Positions 26,365 to 38,300 of a stretch of 64,000 nucleotides of DNA are shown piece by piece. The stretch covers positions 12,129 through 76,128 of the forward strand of contig JAFZRE010000007.1 in NCBI GenBank assembly GCA_017620015.1, given 5' to 3'. This stretch comes from Bacteroidales bacterium (GTDB lineage: Bacteria > Bacteroidota > Bacteroidia > Bacteroidales > ML635J-15). Each line of letters opens with the position of its first letter. The first letter of the stretch is position 1. A program made the position numbers and the translations under genes. The notes below the pieces were generated by a model. The model worked only from the letters and a program-made list of their open reading frames with translations. It did no database searches and was not told the origin of the DNA.

Positions 26365-29300
26365 AGAAACAGCAACCTCATCGGCAACCGACACTGCAAT
26401 ATGCCTGAACGTAACTTCTATAGTGTGATTGCTGTCAACATCTGCAAACTCGTAGGTATTTCCATCGGTAACAACATATTCGCCGTCAACAAAGACACTG
26501 TCGAGTTCGTATCCGATGTACGGGTTGAAAACAAATACCTGCGAAGCACCCGGCTCAAGTTCTACAACTCCCGACGGTGTAATAGTTCCGTGAGCACGAA
26601 CCGTTGCCGTAATAAAGTATGCAAACGTCCTGAACGAAACATAAATGTAATGGTCTTCGGTGACATTCTCGAACCTATAGGTATTACCATCCACCTCCAC
26701 TTCGTGACCATCGACCACTACCCTGTCAAGCATATAGCCTTCGTCGGCTTCGAACGTAAATTCAATGTCGTCGCCGTTAAGCACATAATTGATACCTTCC
26801 GGTTCTATCGAGCCGTGAGCACCCACAACGGAAGTCACAGACCACATAGGTAGCAAGTCGAAGTTTACATTCACGACATGGTCTTCAAGCACATTCCCCA
26901 AAGTATATGAATTTCCACTAAACTCTACACTTACACCATCGACAAGCACTTCCGAAGCTGCATATCCCACATTCGGGTCAAACTCAATAGTAAGGCTTGT
27001 ACCTTCGTCAACCAATACTTCGCCCGACGGAGTTACGCTTCCGTGTGCACCAGCAATCACAGTAACAATATGTTTGTCGGCCTCAAATGTCGCCGAAATT
27101 GTATGATTTTCGGTTACATTCTCAAACATATATTCATCGACAACTGCGATTGGCATTCCGTCAACCGACAAGGATGCAATGTGGTAGTGTTCATCTGGAA
27201 CAATCTGGAAATTCTGGTTTTCACCATCTATTACGCGAACACGACCACCCGGCAAAATACGACCATTTTCTCCAGCCGTAGCCACAATTTCATGACGAAC
27301 AATATCCATCGGCACGAATACAGCGACAACGACATGGTCACTAGCCACACTATCAAGTACGTAAACACCATCTCCAGCTTCAACTATCTGGTTATCAACC
27401 ATAAAGTTAAATAATTCGTATTCATTATCAGGAGCAAACTCGAATGTTATGTCATCTCCATGATTAACCACAATAGAACCGTTTGGAGTAATTGTTCCTC
27501 CCTGTGCATATGCTACTACTGTATATGTATTTAGCTCGAATTCAGCACTGATTGTATGAGCCTCGCCTACTTCCTCGAAAGTATAAACACCGCCCGAAAG
27601 TTCAGCAGTTACATCGACACCATCAACCATAACCGAAGCAATATGATAGCCGCCATCGGCAACAATCGCAAACGACTGGTCTTCGCCGCTCAAAACAGAA
27701 ACTTCACCATTTGGTGTTATGGTTCCGTGTTCGCCACAAGTTGCAACAATCGTGTAGTATGTATTTTCTACAAACGAAACATGTACATTATGGTTTGCTG
27801 TTACATTTACGAAATTATATACATATCCATTTGCCACAAGCTCGTCGAGAGCATTTTCACCATCCACTACAAAAGCATGTACCCTGTAGCCATCGTCTGG
27901 GATAACAACTATCGACAAGTTTTCGCCTTCAATAACAGACACATCTCCGCTAGGATTAACCGTTCCGTTTGCTCCAGCAGCAATATGTACCGTATGGTAT
28001 ATTATACTTTCGAATACAGCTACGACAGTATGGTCGGCTTCAATATTCTCCAGAGTATAAATGTAACTTCCAGGCTCCAGGTCAACAGCTTCGCCGTCAA
28101 CCATTATTGCGCCAAGACGATAGTCGGAGTCGGGTATCGCAACATACGAAACGCTCTCTCCCCTATTCACTACGGTAACACCTTCGGTCACAATCTGTCC
28201 GCCTTCGGTAGCCGACGCAGTAACAACATAACGCTCGGTAAATGTTGCCACAAGGCTATGTTCGGCATTTACATCAGAAATTGTATATGTGCCATCAACA
28301 ATGTCGGCGGTTACATCTTCGCCGTCCAATGTCAGCGACAGCAACTCGTTATATTCATCGGGAACAATAGCGAAATCAACGCTTCCGCCAGGAGCAACTT
28401 CGAGCATACCGTCAGGGGTAACAGTACCGCGACCAACAGCAGAAACATCGACTACATAGTCGGAAACATCAACCTTGAAATCATCGACATACAGACGATA
28501 CATATACGGATCCGACTGACATACAATTGCAATTCGTACATCCTGTCCTGCAAATCCGGAAAGGTCAACTGGTCCGTATGTCTGGTATGTTTCGTTGTTT
28601 ACAGTCAGCGAATCCAACATTACCGTCTCGCTTTCATTTGAGACATACACCGAGAATGTTTCGGGATAAGAGAAATTACCAACACGATATTTGAATTCCA
28701 ACTTGGCATTACGTATTATTGAGAGCATTGGAGAAGCAAGATAGTCGTCGGCCTGATTCATCATAGAGAACGAATACATAGCCTCTCCATTGTCAATCGA
28801 CCAAGTCCTATTATCGTGGTTGTAATCAATTATGTCCCAACAATCAGTTTCTGCGGCAAAATCCTGTATGTAAGGAAGTTCGTAAGCTCCGCATATAGTC
28901 GAGCTACCTGTTTCTGTCCAACCAGATGCACCGCAATTAGACTGCACATATATATAATAATAGGTATGGAAGTGCAATCCTGTTATAGACGATACATTTC
29001 CGACAACGCCATCGAAAATATCACCAGTTTCTATTTCCGGGTCAATAGGCTGCGACGAAACCTTCAGATTGTAGCCAGTTTCGTTGTATATCTGAGCAAT
29101 TGTCAGCTCCAGCGAATCGGGAGCCACGTCAATAGCAATGTCGTCAACTGTTGGATTCGGACAAGAGTTCTCGTCAACGCTTACATTTATAGCCCATGTC
29201 TTACGCAGTCCATTTTCGGCAGTCACAACATACTCTACCAGGTTGGTGAAATCGCGAGGCTCACCAGACTGAACATTTACAGTTGCATAATCAGAAATAG

Positions 29301-32300
29301 TAAATTCAGGAGCCAAATCTGTCAGATCCGTTCCATATACGACTCCGACATTGACTGTTGCATTTTCGGCATCAATTTCAGAATAGGTCTGGTTTGGAAC
29401 TTCAAAAGTAAGAATATCGTTCTCACCTCTCATTTCCCTAATTACAACATTGTCAATCGAACATTCGCGGTAACCATTGAGTGAAAAATCGAACCTTGCC
29501 ACACCATAATACGGCGGAACTGCAACCGAAATCCTAACCATGCCGTTTTCATCTGCATTCTGTATTGGGGTTGTTATCAATGTATTAGAAAACATATCTT
29601 CAGTAACAAACATAACAGACAAGTTATCCGGAGTTGAAACATAAAGAGCAGAAAGTTTCACATCAAATTCGAGCATATATACATACTCATCGGAGAAACT
29701 GAACCAAGGTGAATTCAAGTGCGAATTGCCCTGTACATTGCCAGGAGCTACGTATGCTACAGAATTTCTTGTCACCCAGACACTTCTTCCAATGCTTGTT
29801 GATTTCCAACAAGTAGGCAAATTACCATCGGCGACATTAAAGTCCTCACTATAAGGCAAATCGAGCGGCAGACAGTCGGTTGTAGCATAAATGTCAGCAC
29901 TATACCAATCACTCTCCATTCCAGCTGCGCAAACGCCTTGAATTTCGGCAGAGATATTGTATGTAACACCAGACTGAAGTCCCGTTATATTCAACTGCGG
30001 TTCATCAACCGAAGTTTCAACCACATCGCCTCCATCAAGCGAATACCTTACAGTCCATGTACCCTGAATTGCATTAGCATCAGCCCAAGCCAAAACGACA
30101 CTATTCTCGTCTTCCGACTCTACAATAAGATTGCTCGGGGTAAGGCAGTCAACGGTCTTCTCTACTTTCAGGTTGTCAACATATACGCCACCTGCATTGT
30201 TTGCCTTTCCGACCAGTATCACATAGCAAGTACCTACCAAACCCCTTGCATTGAAGGTGTATGTGTACCAACCTGCTTCTTCTTCCGCTGCAACGCCAGC
30301 ACTCTCGGTCTGATAGTTCTTCGAGACATAGCCAAGCATCTGCGGAGTACCGTTGACAATGTTAGGATAAGTGTTAACCCAAATTTCAACACCTTCGTCC
30401 GACGAAGCCTCAGAAGCCGTAGAACGATATACATCAAGGCTAATGTCGTAGCCATTAAAACTTTGTGCAAATAGCATTCCGATAGATGACAGATTATGAA
30501 CTGAACCGGCCTTGGCATCGGCAAGCATAGCCTTTGGTGTTGTATTTTCGCCAGAAGCCGAAGTTGCCCACATCCATGCACCGTTTGCATAGCCAAGTCC
30601 AGCTCCCGAACCGGCAGCCGTCCTTTCCTGCGACCAGCACTGCGGCGGGAATGTTTCACCATCAAAGTTCTCGACAAACGGGAACTCCCTGACTATCGTA
30701 CATTCGGTAGTAATATTCAATTCTGCGAAATCAGAATATGAACCACCACAAACAGAACGCACCCTTACTTCGTATTCCGTTGAAATCTGAAGTCCAGACA
30801 ATGTAACGAAAGGTTCATTAACAGTAAGCGATGAGTATTGCGTCTCTCCCACTTTCCTGTACTGAACATTCCACTGTGTCATATTGAAACCTTCCCACGA
30901 CAAGGTCGCTTCAACATCGTAAACTTCGACAGCAGCCAAATCTTCCGGCATCTGGCAGGATGCAATGGTAGATGTTGCAATATGCGACCATTCGCTTGCG
31001 CCCGACGAACTGCAGTTTGCACGAACATAGATGTCGTAACGTGTTGACTCCGAAAGTCCAGTAATCGCATAGTTCGGATCATTGACAACAACCTGTGTAC
31101 CTTCTGAATCAACATCGAAGCCTTCCAAACCGTATTTCAAAGTCCAGTTATCGTCAATATTGTACGACGACCAGGAGACATCAAGTTCGTTCTGCAATCT
31201 TGTAGCACGCAAATCGTCCACAGCATAACAATAAGAGATTCGCGTTATCTGGATATTGTAGTTAATGTCATCTCCATAAGTATCAATAATTACATACGAA
31301 GAACCTGCTGGCAGGTCAACTGTCAAGGTTTCCGAACTGAGAATATCGGTGCTGTAATCGACAATGTACGAAGCAAGCGTTCCGCACGAATTCATTACAA
31401 ACACGCTATAGCCCTCGGTTGTAGAAGAAACATTTATGCTGAGCCTCATCATATACGGCAAGTCAATCCTATATACAGCATCGTTTCCTTCCAGAACAAG
31501 CGGATATTCAAGATTGTAGGTATTGTACATATTTAACATACCAGCCGTCGATGATGAATGCGAATAAGGCAAATCGTTCTCGGCATCGACAATGTACGGA
31601 TTTGTACAGTCGGTACCAATAGACGAATCGCCGTAAGAAACATTAACAGTCCAGAACTTTACCGAATGGTCCTCGGCAGTTACTGCGAACTGCCGTGGCG
31701 ACGAGAAGTCGTATGCAGTTCCGTTAGTATGGTTAATTGTTGCCAGACTTGAGATTCCAAATGTCGGGCTTACAGAAGCAATGTCGTACATACGGCTGAT
31801 AACAGCATCGACGGTTGCATCTGCAGAATTGATGTCAACGCTTATCAAGCCATCAGTCCAGAACGAAAGAATCTCTGCCTCCGAAGAAACGGGAAGCCTT
31901 GTTGCCGTTACAGTCCACTCCTGCTCTGTGCCGTCTTCTGACGATACAACGTAAACAAATGGAGAATTAAGATTTATGTAGGAATTCGATTCCGGGCTTA
32001 TTGTTGCAAAGTCTGATACCGTTACAGTCGGCTTAACAGTAGTCAAGTCCATTGAATACGGAACGCTACATGTTACAGTATGGTTGTCGGTATCAATCAC
32101 GGCATCAGCCATACCTGCAAACGTAAACGAAATTATATCGTTCTCCTTTGAAAGTGGCACAATTGCAAGATCGTCAACTGCAGCAGGCGGATTATAGGCA
32201 TATGAAGAACTATTTTCCCAGTGCAGAACAAAATAATAATCACCAGCATTGGACATTTCTACATCTTGAGTATGGTAGTCCCATTGAGTACTATAGGAAG

Positions 32301-35300
32301 ACAACTCACCGCTTGCAGGAATCCAGCTACTCGGAATAGAAGATCCACTAAACGATGGATACGATGAAGCAGGCACAATATATGCTGTCAGATAATCAGT
32401 ATAACCATTACTTTTCCAGTCGAACGAAACATGAACGACTGTCCTGACATCAATGTGGAACCTGCAATATGCGTATGAAGATGAAGATGAACGGATATAT
32501 GAATTAGACAATCCACCATCCGACGATATATATATCGACTTGTCGCCACTTAATGCCACAGCGTTTCCAATATACCAACCATTAACTTCGTTGCTGAAGT
32601 TCCAGTTTTCAATTACTTCAGAATCGAAATCCTGATAATAAGGCAAAGTTACCAAGTTGGTTGCTGGAGTTTGGAAGACATAATCCGTCCATTCGCTCAT
32701 TTCGCCCAACGCACAGTTCGAAGATATGTATGCGTGATATGTCTGCCCTGCCGAAAGTCCCGACTGGTAATAGCCATTATAAGTAACAGTTGTGTAAGCA
32801 GCCGAAGCAAGCTGAGCATCGGTCATCTCCGACTGCGAAATATACACATTGTAATTGTCGTACTGATATGGTTGCTCCCAGTTAAGATAAACCGAATTGT
32901 TATTTACAACCGCAGAAATCTCAAGTGGCGGTTCGCATGGCGGCAATGTGGTAATGTCAGATGCACGCATCCAGATGCCCTGGTCAGATGCAGAACAATA
33001 CGACCTTATGTATATATTATAGTGAGTATTCATATTAAGCCCCGTCACAGTAGCAGGACTTGAAGATACAAGGATAGGCGTTTCTGTTGCATTTTCAGGA
33101 GAATCTGCTTCGGTAGCGAGAATCTGCCACTGCGTAGCAGGTCCTATGGTTGACCACGATACATCTACCGAAGTCTTGTTCACATTGTCAACATTTATTT
33201 CGCCATAGAATATGCAGTCGGTAAGATAGGTAACACTTATATTGTCAATGGCAGCAGGTGGATCGCGTCTGTCAGCTGGCTGGTCAATCCAGAAAAATAC
33301 CAAATAATAATCTCCAGTCTGAACCATATTCAAATCATAAATATTTGTCTGCCAGTCAGAACCAGATCCTGGATAATAATAGTTACACATATAAACCGGG
33401 TCTGCAACATCTATCCAACCATTTGGAGTAGGACCATTATATCCGGAATAAACATACATTCCATTTGTATTACCTGCATTAAACGACGGATTTATGGATA
33501 CCGGTACAAGAAATGCCCTCATGCAATCCAGATAGTTACGTCCATAGCACATCCAGTCGAACTTCACCCTTACTACACCTTGATGGTCAATATTCAAACG
33601 GCAATATGCATACGAATAGTTGTGATATGAATTCCTATTATAATATGAATATGACACACCATTATCATACGATATGTAAAGAGAACTTTCTCCATCTTTA
33701 GCAGTAGCCTTTCCCCAATACCAACCTGTCGAGTTATTATTTATAGCCCAGTTTGTCATAATACCATCCTCAAAATCCTGAGTATATGGCAATGGCATAG
33801 CCACCAATTCCGGCGTTGCAAATTGGAAATGTACCCAGTCACTGTGTTCCCCATTTCCACATTCAGTAGCTGCATATAAATGATAGGTCCGTCCTGGAGT
33901 CAAACTATTAAAAGTATAACTCCTTGAAGTCGTATTTGAATATGTTTCATCAGCAAGCTGCGCATCCGTTTTCTCTGTTTCGGAAAGCACAAGGCGTGTT
34001 CCAAGCCTATTATAAACATTATACCACATAACTCTGGCAGAAGTCTTGGATACAACAACGTTGAAATCGTAAGGTGGCAAACATGGCGGATATGTAGTGA
34101 AACTACAACGCTTCCACTCGCTCCGCTCCGATTCTGAACATTTTGTACGAACAAATGCATAATATTGAGTATTAGGCTCAAGTCCGTTTATAGTAACTGT
34201 AGTATCGTTTGCCAAAACTATGGATTCCGTTGCATTCGACAGGTCGTCCGACAATGACACAAGCACTTCCCACTGCATAGCATCATCATCATTATTCTTC
34301 CATACTAGCTGCGCCCATGTCTGTCCAAGGGTATTATAAGTTACATAATTAACAGGCAAACATGAAGGCAATGTTGTAAAATCGTTGTCACGCCACAAGC
34401 CCTTGCTCGATTCGGAGCAGTAAGCACGCACATACACATTGTAATCGGTCTCCATCATAAGGTTGGTAACAGTTGTCGATGTTCCCTCCACAAGAATAGG
34501 AGTTTCGGTTGCATTATCGGGGTTGTCGGCAGTTGTCACAAGAACCTCCCACTGCGAAATATCATCGCTGTCGTCCCACGAAATATCAGCCGATGTCTTA
34601 CCTACATTGGAAACATATACATAACCATTGTAAATACAGGTAGTAACAACCGAAACACTTACGTTGTCGATTGCGGCAGGCGGCTGGTTGCCACTCCAAT
34701 CATTGTTATACCAGTAAAATACCACATAATACAACCCTTGGTCCAATGTAATATTTTTTGACAATGTATTCCACGAACTTGATTGGTTCAACTGTCCGTT
34801 ATCAACCATAAACCAACCGCTTGGACGACTGGAATAGCTTATTCCATTAGTTTCGTCCGCAGCAAACGACGGCATGCGCGAAGCAGGCACTATGAGAGCA
34901 CGCAAATAATCGTATCTGTCGTATCCAGCACATTTCCAGTCGAACGACACATTCACAACACTCTCCTGCTCCAGATTAAATGTAAAATATGCATACGAAG
35001 CAGAAGTAATATTTGTGTTATATATATTACTAGTTCCTCTATCGTTAGAAATATACAGAGAACGAGAACCTCCATTACTAGTAGCATGTCCCGAATACCA
35101 GCCGTTAGACCCATTTTCAAATACCCAGTTGCTAGAGAACACCCCTTCAAAATCGACAGAATACGGCAATTCTACAGAAACTGGCGGTGTTTTGAAACTT
35201 ACACTTTCCCAGTCTGAATAGCCAAAGTCGCCGCAATATGTACGCACATAAGCATTGTACTGCGTATTCGGTGTCAGTCCCGAAATAGTTGCCGAAGTTG

Positions 35301-38300
35301 TATTTACACTCACCGGCGTTTCCGTAGCAGGGTCATCAGAAGCTGTAACGACAACCTGCCAATTAATATCATCTACATCAGGGCTTTCCCACGACAAACT
35401 TACCGAATTGGACGAATAATCGTCGATACTTAAATCATCGACAGGCATACACCTGTCAAAAGTTCTAAAATGAATGGCATCGCTCCACGGACTCTGGCTC
35501 GACGAAGAGCAATACGAACGGACATATACATAGTAGTCGGTTCCCGAATTAAGGTTAGAAATCGTTGTCGATGTACTGTTTACAAGTACAGGTGTTCCCG
35601 TTGGCGATGATGCCGAAGTCGAAACAAGCACCTGCCACTGCGTAGCAGTACCATTCGGGTTCCACGAAACCGATACCGAAGTCTTGTCGTAATCATCCAA
35701 ACTAACATTATCGACAATGAAACAATTCGACAACTTTTCCACCCTGACGTTATCGACTGCCGCAGGCGGCTGAGAGCCAGCACTACCATCATTCTTCCAG
35801 AAAAATACAAGATAATAAGGACCAGCATCCTCTATGTTAAAATTAGCGGAACTACTTTGCCAATCACTCTGGCCATTTAGCAGCCCACCTACTTGCGAAA
35901 CATCAATCCAACCAGACGGAGCATCATTTGTCCAACTGTACATTCCGTTAGAAGAACTTAGGGTTGGATTTAGAGATACAGGTATCATAAACGCACGAAG
36001 CAAATCAAAGCTACTCTCTCCGTAGCACTTCCAGTCAAACGACACCTTGATTACGCTTGCTTCATCAACATTCAACTTGCAATAAGCATAGGCATACGAC
36101 TGTGAGCTTGTATTATATTCGTTCGATGCGCCATCATTTTTTGAGATATACAATGAATAGTTTCCACCATTTGCCGTTGCCGTACCGATATACCAACCGT
36201 TTGTATATCCATTCGTAATCGTCCATCGGTCGGCAGTTCCGCTCTCAAAATTCTGAGTGTATGGCAACGAGAACGGCGCATAATCGGTAACAAACCCAAG
36301 CGCACTGCTCCACGAGCCTACTCTGTATTCGCTACAATAGCTACGAATGTAGGCATAGTATTGTGTTTCCGATGACAAACCTGTTATGGTCTGAGTTTCC
36401 GAAGTCATCTCTACTGGTGTTTCGGTTGCAGATGCCGGGTTTGACGAAGTAGTGACAAGTATTTCGTACTTTACTCCGCTGCCCGATGTACGGGAAAGCG
36501 TAACCGACTCATGATCCAACGCGACAATGCTCAAAGTCGAGGCATCCGCACAAGGCACGGCCACCTCAATGTCATCGATAGCTATTGGTGGCTGAGACCC
36601 ACTGGTTCCATCATTTCTCCAATAAAATACAAGGTTGTACTCACCAGCCGTTCCCACGTTTACCGTTTGTGAACTTATCTGCCAAGTTGATTTTAAATTC
36701 AACTTGGATCCGCCATCGACAGCAATCCAACCGGAAGGTGCTGCGCTATTATAAGTTATGCTGTTTGCATTCCCTGCAGTAAGAGTTCCCACAGAAACAG
36801 GTACAAGGAAAGCTCGCAAAAAGTCATAATTACTTTCTCCGTAACATTTCCACTTAAATGAAACAACATAGTTGCCAGCACTATTAAAATTCAAGTTTCG
36901 ATATGCATACACACTAGAAGCTGCAGATGCAACAGTATAGGCATTCGACGAACCGTCATTAGTGATATACAGAGATTTGGAAGAGCTGCTATAAGTTGAA
37001 GTTCCTATCATCCAGTAGTTTGTCTGCGAACCATTAGCCAAAGCCCATTTTGCATTCTCGGTAGTATTTTCGAAGTCGCAGGTATATGGTATTGTTGTTG
37101 GATTATCCAAAGTTCTAAACGCAACCGCACTGCTCCATGGCCCATGCCTGTATTCGCTGCAATAGCTGCGAATGTAGGCATAGTATTGCGTAGCAGGAGT
37201 CAAACCTGTTGCGGTATAAGTTGTAGAAGTAATCGCGACAGGTGTTTCGGTTGCTGTTTCTGGATTCGACGAAGTAGAGACAAGTAATTCGTACTTCACA
37301 CCACTGCCCGACGTACGAGTAATTACAGCCGACGTTGTCATAGGCGAAGCTACGCTTATTGTAGCCGTAGCCGTACAAGGAGTAGCAACCTCTATGTCGT
37401 CGATAGCTATTGGTGGCTGAGACCCTCCATTCCCATCATTTTTCCAATAAAATACAAGGTTGTACTCACCAGACGTTTCCACGTTTACCGTTTGTGAACT
37501 TATCTGCCAATCTGAATGGACATTCAACTTGGATCCGCCATCAACAGCAATCCAATTCGTAGGAGTATTCGTTGTTGTTATACCATTACTATTTCCTGCA
37601 TTAAGCGTTTCCACAGAAACAGGGACAAGGAAAGCTCGCAAATAGTCATAAATACTTTCTCCGTAACCTTTCCATTTAAACGAAACAACATAATTACCAG
37701 TACTAAAATTCAAATTACGATACGCATATACACTAGATGTTGATCCATTATTATAAGAGTTTGACGAACCGTCATTAGTGATATACAGAGATTTGGAAGA
37801 ACTGCTATAAGTTGAAGTTCCTATCATCCAATAGTTTGTCTGCGTTCCGTTATCCAAAGCCCATTTTGCATTTTCCGTACTATTCTCAAAATCACAAGTA
37901 TAAGGCAAAGAAGCTGGAGTCGTCACATATTTAACACTTATGTCATCAACCGCAACTGGCGGCATAGTTCCCAGCGAATTGTCATTTCTCCAGTAAAAAA
38001 CAAGATTATATTCGCCTGCTGTTGAAACCGTTATACTCCTTGTTTCGGACTGCCATTCCGATTGCAAATTAAACCTATCACCGCCATCGACAGCAATCCA
38101 ACCCGATGGAGCCGCAGAATTAGCACTTATGCTGTTTGTATTTCCGGGCGTAAGCGTCTCTACCGAAGTCGGAACAAGGAAAACACGCAAATAGTCGCAG
38201 GTGGACTCTCCGACTCCCTTCCACTTGAACGAAACCTTATACGTACCCGTGCTAGCAAAATTCAAGTTACGATATGCATACACGCTAGAAGCGGCAGATG

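Noticed and set aside
27556-28641. 361-aa plus-strand ORF (and many other 60-220-aa plus-strand ORFs between 11.9 and 39.2 kb) inside the giant genes
   Set aside because: These ORFs are antisense to uninterrupted 13.5-kb ORFs that have clear domain content. Their translations are low-complexity (Ile/Arg/Asn/Ser/Cys-rich) with no recognisable motifs. This is typical of shadow ORFs opposite Thr/Gly/Val/Asn-rich repeat genes.
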